Shown piece after piece: positions 46,652-56,316 of a DNA stretch of 64,000 nt; positions within the stretch are counted from its first letter, which is position 1, and each line of letters opens with the position of its first letter. Source of the DNA: an uncultured Candidatus Saccharibacteria bacterium (lineage in GTDB: Bacteria > Patescibacteriota > Minisyncoccia > Phycocordibacterales > PALSA-1337). The notes under the pieces were generated by a model. The model was not told the DNA's origin and did no database searches. It saw nothing but the letters and a program-made list of their open reading frames with translations. The stretch spans positions 39,477 to 103,476 of the forward strand of contig CAZBVQ010000001.1 of NCBI GenBank assembly GCA_964495685.1. Direction: 5' to 3'. A program made the position numbers and the translations under genes.

Positions 46652-47443
46652 TTACACCTTCGCCTGCTTCCAGGCAATCTCAAAAATCATCCTCATCATT
46701 CCGTGAATAGTGTCGTCCTCGATGATGATACCGATGACATTGTCTTTGGTTAGTTTTGTTATGGAGACTTTGTTTTGTCCGTAAATGGTCAGTTCTGCTT
46801 CATAAGGGAAGTCTTCTTTGGGCACAAAGCGCATAATTGGCCATAGATCTTTGCGGATCCCCGAAAAAACATCCTTGTCGTATACTCTATCTTCTGCCGT
46901 ATCAGGAAGAATCCCGCGGGTCGTGATACCCAGCCGTTCTTTACCTTTGATAAAATCGCGAAGATCGCGCTTTGGCATATAATCCTTGAATAATTTTGCA
47001 TTAGAAAATGCAAGCATCTCATATTTCTTTGGCTCGGATATCATATCGACACAAATTTTCTTGACAGCATCTGGACCTTCGAAAAATCGTATCTTTGGCG
47101 CTTTGTCGAAAGCAGAAAATATTTTGCGCAATTCAGGCACGATCTTTTCTATGTTTTCGAGTTGGTCTTCGGCCATACGTATTCTAGTCTTGCCGTAGTG
47201 AACGAGTTTCTCAGGGCTCTCGGGTTGGTAGAAGACTTTATTTCTCTTCTTAATCTCATTAGCCAGTCCTTTAACTGAAAGCTCAAGAAGTATCCTATAG
47301 GTCGTGCTTCTTTTGATTCTTGCATGATCAGCTATTTTGGATGGAAAGCCTCCACCAAGTTCCAAGAGGGCACTGTATACGGCGGCCTCCTTGTCGGTTA
47401 ATCCGCTCCTACCCAATACCGTACTTAAAGTTGTGTTGTTCAT
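46652..47443 (-). CDS. TrmB-family HTH transcriptional regulator #1
   Basis: GL.DKEA.VY.ALLELG, I.RST.Y.IL..L..KGL, PKIRFFEG and GIIIE. Start at ATG 47443. Confidence 0.9.
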   Translation of the reverse strand: MNNTTLSTVLGRSGLTDKEAAVYSALLELGGGFPSKIADHARIKRSTTYRILLELSVKGLANEIKKRNKVFYQPESPEKLVHYGKTRIRMAEDQLENIEKIVPELRKIFSAFDKAPKIRFFEGPDAVKKICVDMISEPKKYEMLAFSNAKLFKDYMPKRDLRDFIKGKERLGITTRGILPDTAEDRVYDKDVFSGIRKDLWPIMRFVPKEDFPYEAELTIYGQNKVSITKLTKDNVIGIIIEDDTIHGMMRMIFEIAWKQAKV

Positions 47444-47611
47444 GCGTTTAGCATACAGGAAACAGTGAAATTTGTCCATCCGAACGGACAGAATTGAATG
47501 AGTGATAAATACGTGCCTATATTTAGCCATTTTCCAAGATACCACATTTACAACGCGACACAAGCATTGCGTAATATACTATAATTTTGGCATTAGTAAT
47601 TAATAAAAATT

Positions 47612-48709
47612 ATGAACAAAAAATTAATTTGGATCATTGTCGGGGTCATAGTGTTAGTTGCAGTAGTCTTGGGCGTCACATTATCTGGTGGCTCCAAGCA
47701 ACCGGCAGAGAGGCAGACTGTTAAGATCGGCCTTGCATTGCCTCTAACAGGAGGTGCTGCGTTCCTTGGGGAATCGGCTAGAAACGCTGCGCAAATGGCG
47801 CTAGCTGACGCTGGTCAGACTAAGTACGATTATTCATTGGACATCGAAGACGATGCTTTCAATCCAGCAAAGACTGCGACTGTTGTAAGCAAATTCGTGA
47901 ACATAGATAAAGTGTCCGCAATTGTCACGTTTGGATCAGCGACAAGTAATGCCGCCGCTCCTATAAACGAAAATGCCGAAGTACCTAGATTTGGACTTGC
48001 TTCAGATCCCACGTCCGCTGTTGGTGATTACAACTTTATTCACTGGACGCCTCCTTTCAAAGAGGGACAGTTATCAGTTGAAGAGATGGTAAAGAGAGGA
48101 TACAAAACGATTTCTATCGTTGATACCAATCACTCTGGGACGCTCGCAGTCACAAAACCGGTTAGGGAAGCATTGGCAAATACAAATATAAAGATATTAT
48201 CGGATGATCTTACCAATGTTGGTGATAAGGATTTCAGAACGATAGTCACGAAAATCAAAGCCTTAAAGCCCGATATCGTTCTCGTGGAAATGTTTTCGCC
48301 TGAGATCGAGATCTTCGCAAAACAAATGAAAGAGCTTGGTGTGAAAACGCCGATGACTAGCGTCGAGACATTCGAATGGAGTAACGATCCGTCGTTATTC
48401 GAAGGAATGTGGTTTATTTCCGACGTTAGGGTTGATCAGAGTTTCTCTGACAAATATAAGGCAAGATTTGGTGATACTCCGAAGCCTGGAGCAACTTATG
48501 TCTACGATCTTGTATCTCTATTCATTCGAACTCAGGAACAATCAAATAGTAAACTGACTCCCACAGAGATGAGGGATGCGATCATAAAGACCGGGTATGA
48601 TGATTCACCAATCTTCGGAAAAATCGCGATTGATAAAGATGGATTCTTCATTACTGAGGCCTCTGTAAAGATGATAAAGGACGGCAAGGCGGTGCTGATT
48701 CCAAACTAA
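47612..48709 (+). CDS. LivK/LivJ-type substrate-binding protein #2
   Basis: TM anchor, VKIGLALPLTG, IEDD, DFRT.VTKIK and YD. Confidence 0.9.
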   Translation: MNKKLIWIIVGVIVLVAVVLGVTLSGGSKQPAERQTVKIGLALPLTGGAAFLGESARNAAQMALADAGQTKYDYSLDIEDDAFNPAKTATVVSKFVNIDKVSAIVTFGSATSNAAAPINENAEVPRFGLASDPTSAVGDYNFIHWTPPFKEGQLSVEEMVKRGYKTISIVDTNHSGTLAVTKPVREALANTNIKILSDDLTNVGDKDFRTIVTKIKALKPDIVLVEMFSPEIEIFAKQMKELGVKTPMTSVETFEWSNDPSLFEGMWFISDVRVDQSFSDKYKARFGDTPKPGATYVYDLVSLFIRTQEQSNSKLTPTEMRDAIIKTGYDDSPIFGKIAIDKDGFFITEASVKMIKDGKAVLIPN

Positions 48710-48727
48710 ATCGTTACTTACTTCAAA

Positions 48728-48758
48728 CAAAAATCGCTCTACAGAGAGCGATTTTTGT
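48728..48758 (+). terminator. Rho-independent terminator after LivK #2
   Basis: CAAAAATCGCTCT-ACAG-AGAGCGATTTTTG. Confidence 0.8.
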
Positions 48759-48773
48759 TGTAAACTGATACTC

Positions 48774-49640
48774 GTGGATATACTTCCTCAACTCATTCTG
48801 AATAGCATTATTGCCGGAGCGATCTACGCCATGATCGCTCTTGGTTTTAATCTCATTTATGGCACAGCGAAATTCTTTGACCTTGGCTACGGTGCTCTCA
48901 CAGCTGTTGGGGGATACTCAGTGTTCTACTTCTACAAGACGCTCGGCTTGAATATTTACGTATCGATCATTCTCGGCATGCTCATTGCTGGCATTGTCGG
49001 CTTTCTAGTCTATCGTCTGGTGTACTCGCCGCTTCGAGCCAAGAAATCTTCTGGCATGGTCCTCTTGGTCGCAGCTCTCGGAGTTCTAACTGCCATTCAA
49101 GCTATCATCGCTATTCTTTTCACGAGCCAATTTCAGACCCTTTCACAAAGCGCAGGTTCGGAGAGCGTATTCAATGTATTCGGGGGAGTGATTACGCAAA
49201 CTCAACTGATTACTCTGATTCTCGGTCTCCTCATTATGGTGGGCATAGGTCTTGTTTTCCGTTTCACATTATTCGGTAAGGCCATCAAAGCAATCGGCGA
49301 TGACGAAGAGGTTTCACAGATCGTTGGTATCAATACAAACAAGATAATTGGCTGGGTTTTCTTCATTGGTTCAGCCATTGGAGGACTGGCCGGCATTCTG
49401 ATTGGCTTTGATACGGGCATCGAGCCGACGATGGGGCTATCACTGCTTCTCAAAGGAGTCATCGCTTCGATCATCGGTGGGATCGGTAATGTTTATGGAG
49501 GAGTAATAGGGGCGTTCTTACTCGCATTCATCGAAAACTTCGGGATCTGGCAGATTTCAGGGGAATGGAAGGATGCTATCGCCTTCGCTGTGCTGATTTT
49601 ATTCTTGTTGTTCAGACCACAAGGTATTTTAAGAAGATAA
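48774..49640 (+). CDS. livH: Branched-chain amino acid ABC permease LivH
   Basis: G.IYAMIALGFNLIYG, G.AIKA..D, IIGGIG and LLFRPQGI. Confidence 0.93.
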   Translation: MDILPQLILNSIIAGAIYAMIALGFNLIYGTAKFFDLGYGALTAVGGYSVFYFYKTLGLNIYVSIILGMLIAGIVGFLVYRLVYSPLRAKKSSGMVLLVAALGVLTAIQAIIAILFTSQFQTLSQSAGSESVFNVFGGVITQTQLITLILGLLIMVGIGLVFRFTLFGKAIKAIGDDEEVSQIVGINTNKIIGWVFFIGSAIGGLAGILIGFDTGIEPTMGLSLLLKGVIASIIGGIGNVYGGVIGAFLLAFIENFGIWQISGEWKDAIAFAVLILFLLFRPQGILRR

Positions 49641-49641
49641 T

Positions 49642-50508
49642 ATGGAATATTTAATTCACTTAGCAATTCTAATTTCAATCTATGCCATCCTAGGTCTCTC
49701 TTTGAACTTGGTTGTGGGTTTCACTGGATTACTTTCAGTAACACAAGCTGCGTTTTACGGCATTGGCGCATATGTCACAGCGATATTGCTAACAAGCTTG
49801 GGAATGAATTTCTTCCTAGCTTTAATAATTGGAATGGCAATAACTGGTGTTTGCAGTCTTTTGATCGGCTTTGTTCTTTCTAAATTTAAAGATGACTACT
49901 ACGCACTTGGCTCATTCGGCTTTAACGTAATTATTTATAGTATTTTCCTAAATTGGCAATCACTTACACGTGGTCCGCTCGGTATTCCCGGCATTTCAAG
50001 ACCTTCACTATTTGGATTCACTTTCTCTGATAACTTATCTTTTCTAATTTTATCAGTAGTCTTCTTGCTGTTGGTTTTCGGAGTCTGCCATTTCATTGCC
50101 AAGTCTTCATTCGGCCGAGTTTTGAAAGCGATTAGAGAGGATGAAGAAGCGATTTCTGTATTTGGATACCACACACTATGGTACAAGCTTGCGATTTTTG
50201 TGATTGGGGCGATGTTGGCCTCGATTGCAGGATCACTATTTGCTTCATATATAACTTTCATTGACCCATCCAGCTTCAGTCTCACGGAATCAATCTTTAT
50301 TTTGGCCATAATAATTCTCGGTGGTCTTGCTAGTAACAAGGGTTCAGTCTGGGGAGCAGTGTTTCTAATCCTCCTGCCGGAAATTTTACGCTTCGTTGGT
50401 TTTCCAGATGATATTGCAGCGCAAATGAGGCAGGTGGTTTATGGAGTGATACTAATTCTACTTATGCTTTACCGCCCTCAAGGCCTCGTCGGGGAGTACA
50501 GATTGTAA
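49642..50508 (+). CDS. livM: Branched-chain amino acid ABC permease LivM
   Basis: SLNLVVGFTGLLS, LTRGPLGIPGI, FGRVLKAIREDE and YRPQGL. Confidence 0.93.
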   Translation: MEYLIHLAILISIYAILGLSLNLVVGFTGLLSVTQAAFYGIGAYVTAILLTSLGMNFFLALIIGMAITGVCSLLIGFVLSKFKDDYYALGSFGFNVIIYSIFLNWQSLTRGPLGIPGISRPSLFGFTFSDNLSFLILSVVFLLLVFGVCHFIAKSSFGRVLKAIREDEEAISVFGYHTLWYKLAIFVIGAMLASIAGSLFASYITFIDPSSFSLTESIFILAIIILGGLASNKGSVWGAVFLILLPEILRFVGFPDDIAAQMRQVVYGVILILLMLYRPQGLVGEYRL

Positions 50509-50518
50509 AGTCTGCGGA

Positions 50519-51607
50519 TTAGATTTTGAAGTCTCCGTTTTCATACGTAGCCATCTTCCACTCAGGAACACGGAGACCCATTCCAAGCTCGTCAAAAGCT
50601 ATTGGTCCAGTTGCGCCATCTCCCTTGAACTTCTCGATATTATTTAACCAACGACTCTTGTCTGGGTTATATGTTTCAGCCATGACCAAATATGCATCGT
50701 AACCATAACCTGCAAGCTCGCTTGGGTCAGAATTGAAGCGCTTTTTATATTTGTTTGTAAAATCAGCTGATACTTCAGAGGCTGAATACATGGCAGTACT
50801 GCCGTTCAGTATGCGGTTCATAGAAGAGCCAAGGGTGGTTTGGTAATCTGTGAAGGAAAACTGAAGGTTTAAGTCGAAGTACAAATGAGGCGCATGGTAT
50901 CCGAGCTGGTCCATTCGCGTGAGAATCTGTCCTCCAACTTTTCCATCTACAAACATAACAAGTCCCTGCGAGTTTAGCTCTTTGATTTTCAGGGCTACCG
51001 GATTGAAATCTCGCTCTGTCATCGGCACGCGCACGATGGATACCGTCCCGTTAAATTTCTTTTCAAAATCTGAAAGGAACTTCTCGTAGGCTTTTATCTG
51101 TTGCATCACGACCGTCACAGTCTTAACGCCCTGCGTATTAGCAGAATCACCAAGCATGCCTACTGCGGTCTGATCGGGGAAGATCTGCACAATATTGTCC
51201 TTATCTATTTCACTTTCAGCCCCGAGTTGTAGAACTGGAATATCTTTTTTCTGAACATCCGACTTGATAACGTCGATTGTTGGAGACGAAAGATTTATCA
51301 AAGCGTCAATTTTATCGATAGACACTTCCTTTTGATATGCCGATAATCCTTTCTTAGAATCATAACCGTCATCTTCCGCTATCAGATCCATTTTTGGAGC
51401 AGAAGGATTTTTTGATTCGAATTCTTCTTTTGCAAGGATGGCACCATTCAAGAACCCCTGACCAAGGTTATCATTTCCGACTGTTAATCCAGTTAACGGT
51501 GAAATCAAACCAATACGTACGTTCTGGTGTGAAATCCTATTTTCATAAACGATAAAGATAATAACAAGCGCAATGATTGCTAAAACAGCGTACAATATTT
51601 TTTGCAT
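50519..51607 (-). CDS. LivK/LivJ-type substrate-binding protein #3
   Basis: TM anchor, VRIGLISPLTG, AEDDGYD, YGYDA and GATG.I.FD. Start at ATG 51607. Confidence 0.88.
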   Translation of the reverse strand: MQKILYAVLAIIALVIIFIVYENRISHQNVRIGLISPLTGLTVGNDNLGQGFLNGAILAKEEFESKNPSAPKMDLIAEDDGYDSKKGLSAYQKEVSIDKIDALINLSSPTIDVIKSDVQKKDIPVLQLGAESEIDKDNIVQIFPDQTAVGMLGDSANTQGVKTVTVVMQQIKAYEKFLSDFEKKFNGTVSIVRVPMTERDFNPVALKIKELNSQGLVMFVDGKVGGQILTRMDQLGYHAPHLYFDLNLQFSFTDYQTTLGSSMNRILNGSTAMYSASEVSADFTNKYKKRFNSDPSELAGYGYDAYLVMAETYNPDKSRWLNNIEKFKGDGATGPIAFDELGMGLRVPEWKMATYENGDFKI

Positions 51608-51757
51608 AATATGATCATAATACTGCGCGGTCACAAATGTGTCAAATAAATGAACAATCCTTGCAATAATATAACCCGACGCTAAGCCAGATTTAAGGTA
51701 ATTTGTACAATTTGTCAGAATTATTGACAAAAGCCCTATCTCTGATATGTTTGTGAC

Positions 51758-52498
51758 ATGGATCAAATCAGTAGCTCTCTGAATAATATTGGGCTTTCGG
51801 ACAAGGAGTCCAAGATATATGTCACACTTCTCAAGCTGGGGGAAGCTACTGTGGCAGAAATTTCCACGGAAGCTGGTATAAAGAGGCCAACAGCTTACAT
51901 AATTCTTGATGAATTGAGGAAAAAGGGGATAGCGCTGAAAATACCTCATCCTAAAAAGATTGTATATCAGGCAAAACCGCCTAACGAGCTTTTTGAACGC
52001 GCTAAGGAAAACTTAAACGAATTTCAGCGATTATTGCCGAAAATTAATGCCATTTCTGTCCAAAAAAAATCTATTAAGACCCTATATTTTGAAGGCTTTC
52101 AGGGTGTAAAAGATGCATTATTTTACAGAATGAACGAATTGAAAGGTGAAACTGTCTCGGGTTTTTGGGCAAAAAACAGTGGCATTGAGAAGGATGTATT
52201 TGGTCTTCTTGATAAATGGGGAAAGCAATATTTGAAAAATAATATAACTATCGCGGGTATAACTCCTGATCACGAATCAATTCGTGATCTACGATTAAAG
52301 TATCCGGAGGAATATAAGAAAATTGTGCCCGTCTCAGAAGCAGAATATTCCTCAGATATTTCCATTGATGTGGTTAAGGATTTTGTGAGGATAATTGATC
52401 CACATAGTTTGAAAGCTATAATCATAGAAAACGATCGTGTTGCGCGTGCATTAAAACAGATATTTACAATTGTTGAGAAGAAATACGGTATCTCATGA
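51758..52498 (+). CDS. TrmB-family regulator #2
   Basis: IGLSDKESKIY.TLL.LG, GIKRPTAY.IL..L..KG, YFEG..G and IIIEN. Confidence 0.92.
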   Translation: MDQISSSLNNIGLSDKESKIYVTLLKLGEATVAEISTEAGIKRPTAYIILDELRKKGIALKIPHPKKIVYQAKPPNELFERAKENLNEFQRLLPKINAISVQKKSIKTLYFEGFQGVKDALFYRMNELKGETVSGFWAKNSGIEKDVFGLLDKWGKQYLKNNITIAGITPDHESIRDLRLKYPEEYKKIVPVSEAEYSSDISIDVVKDFVRIIDPHSLKAIIIENDRVARALKQIFTIVEKKYGIS

Positions 52499-52562
52499 GT
52501 ATTTTCAGTACCATTTACTTATAGTTTACTTTGATGCTAGGCTATTTTCGGCTGAAAGGATT

Positions 52563-52796
52563 ATGAATATGAGTGAAACTGATTATAAAGCTCTATATGA
52601 GCAGGAGAAACATCTCCGAGAGGAGGCTGAACGTAAGTTCAACGAATTAAAGGAGCGCGTTAGGCCTTTAATCGAGTCGATCGATAAGATGTCAGAACCG
52701 GCTCGCCGGATCGAGGAAGTGATGCAAGAATTCGCTAAGCTTCAAAAAGCCGAATCCCAGTATCATTCCGGTCCGGAGGATCCGGCCGGTGACTAG
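52563..52796 (+). CDS. Small coiled-coil hypothetical protein
   Basis: RBS GAAAGGA, DYKALYEQEK.LREEAE coiled coil, ends before a terminator-like hairpin. Confidence 0.6.
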   Translation: MNMSETDYKALYEQEKHLREEAERKFNELKERVRPLIESIDKMSEPARRIEEVMQEFAKLQKAESQYHSGPEDPAGD

Positions 52797-52815
52797 GCTC
52801 TGATAAGTAGAATTC

Positions 52816-52850
52816 AAAAGGCTCGGTTCAATCCCGGGCCTTTGTCATTT
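52816..52850. repeat. 35-bp direct repeat, copy 1 (terminator-like hairpin)
   Basis: AAAAGGCTCGGTTCAATCCCGGGCCTTTGTCATTT, identical to 55299-55333. Confidence 0.9.
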
Positions 52851-53619
52851 TTGAAATACTAGATAACTGGTGTGCCAAGTCTTTGTTCTTCCACATAAAG
52901 TTAAATATTTCTCGAATGGTCTTTGCCAGATCGGCGTTCTCGATAATCACCATCTGATTGTTTCGGTTAAGAACAAGACGGACAATATTTGAGAAAGTGT
53001 CGATTGAAACAGCTGACGAATATATCGAATATGGAAGAATGTGAGTTATTCGCTTCTGAGACGTATCCGTTTTTCTGAAACTCACAAGAGATGGATGGTC
53101 GGGCACAAAAGCTCTAAGTGTTATGTTGTTATTTGCGGTAAATTCATTATATTCCTCACAAATTTGAAGCAGTTTCGCTGACATATCTTTCGCTTCTGCA
53201 TAAAAACCGACTATTTCCTTTCCAAATGCTTCCTCGATTCGATAATGCAAGGCCTCTTTGAATGCTTTTAAGCCTTCGAAATGCATCACATTCATTTTCT
53301 CAGGCGTTTTTATACTCCCGATGGATTTGAGTGACGGCAGAAGCTTCTTCGCTTCATCCATGCGATGCTCGGCATCCTGAAAAAGTATCTCTGGGGCAAC
53401 TGGTTTGTATATCCGTTTTGAAGCACGAGGAATTCTGTGCGCTGCACCTTTCTCGATGAGCTCGTCCAAGATCACATATGTCGTCGGTTTCTTCAGTCCA
53501 GATTGCTCAGATATGGCATAAGCTGAACCCTTTCCTAGTTTTAGGAGCGCTAAATACACTTGTGCCTGCTTGTCAGTGAATCCTATGTTGGTTAGCCCAG
53601 AAACTAATGTTGTATCCAT
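52828..53619 (-). CDS. TrmB-family regulator #3
   Basis: IGFTDKQA.VY.ALL.LG, GLKKPTTYVIL.EL..KG, HFEG and VIIEN. Confidence 0.92.
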   Translation of the reverse strand: MDTTLVSGLTNIGFTDKQAQVYLALLKLGKGSAYAISEQSGLKKPTTYVILDELIEKGAAHRIPRASKRIYKPVAPEILFQDAEHRMDEAKKLLPSLKSIGSIKTPEKMNVMHFEGLKAFKEALHYRIEEAFGKEIVGFYAEAKDMSAKLLQICEEYNEFTANNNITLRAFVPDHPSLVSFRKTDTSQKRITHILPYSIYSSAVSIDTFSNIVRLVLNRNNQMVIIENADLAKTIREIFNFMWKNKDLAHQLSSISKMTKARD

Positions 53620-53820
53620 GCTTGCATACTACGCGGCAGTCCAAATATAGTCAATAATTTTGATGACATTAAATGGACAAAATCATTTGTACATTGAAAA
53701 ACATAGGTATATTAACGAATTTTAATGTTCAAAATTTATAATACAGATTTGCCGTTCGTAAAAAATCAAGTTATGCTTATTACCATTACTTTTTATAGAG
53801 TCCCAAAAGGGATCATTATT

Positions 53821-54909
53821 ATGAATAAAAAATATACATGGGCAATAATCATCGTGGTCATTATTGCAATAATCGGTGTCTACTTGCTTGGCACCAAGAA
53901 TCACACACAGACTAAAGGTTTCAATGTGGGGCTTATTAGCATTCTTTCGGGCGAATATGCCGCTGTCGGCGAAAACTTTAGAAATGGCGCGGTACTCGCG
54001 GAAGAACAATACAACGCCGCCCATCCGGACGCGCCTATCAAAATGACTATTGAAGATGATGGTTTTTCTGGTGGAAAAGCAGTGAGCGCGTACCAGAAAT
54101 TAGTTAACGTCGATAAGATCGATGCTCTCATTAATGTTTCAACCGCTTCAATCGATGCTATATATGATTCTGTGACGAAACTCGGGATTCCTGTCGCTCA
54201 AGGCGGTGAACAAGGCCGTGTGCCCACTGATGATAATGTCTTTGGAATATATCCTGACAGTATCGCTTCAGAAAGAGACTACGGAGTCTATATGCGTAAC
54301 AAAGGAATAACTCAAATGACTTTGGTCTATACGAAAATAGATGCCATGATCCGTTTTGTGGATGCATTTAAGGAAGGATTTCAGGGCAAGACGACTGATA
54401 TCGTCATAGATTCTGCCGAAACTGATTTTCGAACCCATGCTCTTAAGGCCACATCAGGCAATCCGAACGCTATTGGCATATTTATGTTTCCACAACAAGG
54501 TGCTCAGTTCATGAAAGAGTATCTTAGGCTCGCTAAAAACAAGCCGACGATCTTCTTCGATACGAATTTTGTCTCCGGTTATACAGACTATCAGCGAATC
54601 ATGGGAGATCTTACGGTTCTTGATGGCAGTATTGTTGGCGGAATGAAGCTTGAAGATACACAGGCTTTCAAGGATGCTTACAAGGCACGGTATGGCACGG
54701 ATGCCCCATTCTTGTCAGATATTGGTTACGATTCGTTCAATCTTCTCGTGAAGACATATTCACCAGATAAGGCGACGTGGGTTGCTAACATGAAGAATGC
54801 TGATTTTCAGGGGGTTAGTGGTGAAATAAAGTTTGGCCCTACGGGAAATCGATTGCCCGAAACTAAGATGATGATCATTCAGGGAGGGAGGATGGTGGAT
54901 TTGAAGTAA
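53821..54909 (+). CDS. LivK/LivJ-type substrate-binding protein #4
   Basis: TM anchor, VG.IS.LSG.YA, IEDDG, AYQKLV.VDKID, DFRT and GVSG.I.F. Start at ATG 53821. Confidence 0.9.
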   Translation: MNKKYTWAIIIVVIIAIIGVYLLGTKNHTQTKGFNVGLISILSGEYAAVGENFRNGAVLAEEQYNAAHPDAPIKMTIEDDGFSGGKAVSAYQKLVNVDKIDALINVSTASIDAIYDSVTKLGIPVAQGGEQGRVPTDDNVFGIYPDSIASERDYGVYMRNKGITQMTLVYTKIDAMIRFVDAFKEGFQGKTTDIVIDSAETDFRTHALKATSGNPNAIGIFMFPQQGAQFMKEYLRLAKNKPTIFFDTNFVSGYTDYQRIMGDLTVLDGSIVGGMKLEDTQAFKDAYKARYGTDAPFLSDIGYDSFNLLVKTYSPDKATWVANMKNADFQGVSGEIKFGPTGNRLPETKMMIIQGGRMVDLK

Positions 54910-54972
54910 TCAAATTACGACACAACTACTTGACTTTAGCAAGTAGAGCTGCTATACTACTGGCAGCTCTTT

Positions 54973-55296
54973 ATGAATACAACCATGCTCCTTTGGCTCA
55001 TTGTAGCCGTTCTTATCATGTGGGGTGGCCGCTGGGTCTGGATCGCTTTCAGACTTTGGTGGATTACGTCCAAAGGCGGAGAAATGCAGTATAGGTTCAA
55101 GCTGACGCGGATTCACTATGTGATCGCGTTTCAGTCTTGGCTCTATATCAGGCGTCTCCGATTTGGTTCCTTCTGCCACAAGATTCGACTGTGGTGGTGG
55201 GAGTACTGGATCACTCGTGGATTCAAGGTGAAATACCCCTCGTACAATCCGCCAGCCAGTCCGCACGCCAAGCACCTCGAGAAGGATATTCGCTAA
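54973..55296 (+). CDS. Orphan Trp/Arg-rich membrane protein
   Basis: Own promoter TTGACT-17-TATACT (54930-54958), N-terminal TM helix, ends at the direct repeat. Confidence 0.65.
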   Translation: MNTTMLLWLIVAVLIMWGGRWVWIAFRLWWITSKGGEMQYRFKLTRIHYVIAFQSWLYIRRLRFGSFCHKIRLWWWEYWITRGFKVKYPSYNPPASPHAKHLEKDIR

Positions 55297-55298
55297 CA

Positions 55299-55333
55299 AA
55301 AAGGCTCGGTTCAATCCCGGGCCTTTGTCATTT
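55299..55333. repeat. 35-bp direct repeat, copy 2
   Basis: Identical to 52816-52850. Confidence 0.9.
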
Positions 55334-56164
55334 CTTGAGATTTACTTTTTCAATCAGATTTCTCATCATAAGGTTGTGGTCGATCTTTTTGCTTCCTTGC
55401 TTTACGTATTCAAACATCTCGCGTAAGAGATCAGTCGTTCGTTTGTTTGTAATCTCTATTGCAATCTTCTCGTACCAGTTAATGATCATGCTTGTTTTCT
55501 TGAAGATCCAAATTTCCGCACTCATGTCGAAGCGATTATCAGGAAAAACAGAATAGTCTGACATTCTACCCTCGAGACTTTTGACCTGTTCGAGGTGATT
55601 CTTCGGATCCGTGATTATTTCCTTGTAGTAGGAATCATAGGCTCCTTCGTTCAATATTCCATCAATGATTATCTTGTTTTTGATCACCGCCTGGTTAAAT
55701 TCAATGAGTTGTTTCTTGGTGGTCACGCGGAGCAGTTCATTAAATGATTCGTGGTGTTGGATTGCTTTTACACGATCTCCCCTTACCTCTGTTGCAATGC
55801 GACTGAAAGCGGGGATGATTTCTTTTGGCCCCACATGGATGATGAACTCATCCTCTTTGGATGTTTTTACGCGAACACCTTTTCTTTCAAGATTTTCGAG
55901 TTGTAGGCGGTCGATTATTCTTTGCAGATTCTTTGAGAGTTCCGTTGTGGATATAGCTCTGTATATAAAGCGCTTTCCAACTCGTTCTTGTTGCACAAGT
56001 CCACGTTTAACAAGATTCTTAAGATTATAGGAAACACTTGTCCTTAAAATCTTTGAATCAGCCGCTATATTCTGAAGACTCTTAGGTGATTCAAGCGTAA
56101 AAAGGATCGTTTTTTCAATGGGGCTTAACCCTAAGAGGCTGGCCGAATTAAGGCTCAAATTCAT
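55328..56164 (-). CDS. TrmB-like regulator #4 (divergent)
   Basis: LGLS..E..I...L, I.RTSV.Y.L..L.KRGLV, and AIEI.N......REMF C-terminus. Confidence 0.8.
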   Translation of the reverse strand: MNLSLNSASLLGLSPIEKTILFTLESPKSLQNIAADSKILRTSVSYNLKNLVKRGLVQQERVGKRFIYRAISTTELSKNLQRIIDRLQLENLERKGVRVKTSKEDEFIIHVGPKEIIPAFSRIATEVRGDRVKAIQHHESFNELLRVTTKKQLIEFNQAVIKNKIIIDGILNEGAYDSYYKEIITDPKNHLEQVKSLEGRMSDYSVFPDNRFDMSAEIWIFKKTSMIINWYEKIAIEITNKRTTDLLREMFEYVKQGSKKIDHNLMMRNLIEKVNLKK

Positions 56165-56316
56165 GCATCAAGTATAAATTGGACAAAAAATTTGTCAATT
56201 AGTTTTGTATTTTACGTTGTGAATCAAAGGCAAATAGGGAACACACTATTTTTCTATGCACTCTGTTGACATATTGATATAATGCATGGGTAATTATTAT
56301 TAATTTTATATTTACC

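Noticed and set aside
51608-51949. Long N-terminal extensions in the ORF track for LivK #3 (also TrmB #1, LivK #4, ruvC, comM)
   Set aside because: They overlap neighbouring genes or promoters, and downstream ATGs give the family-typical N-termini
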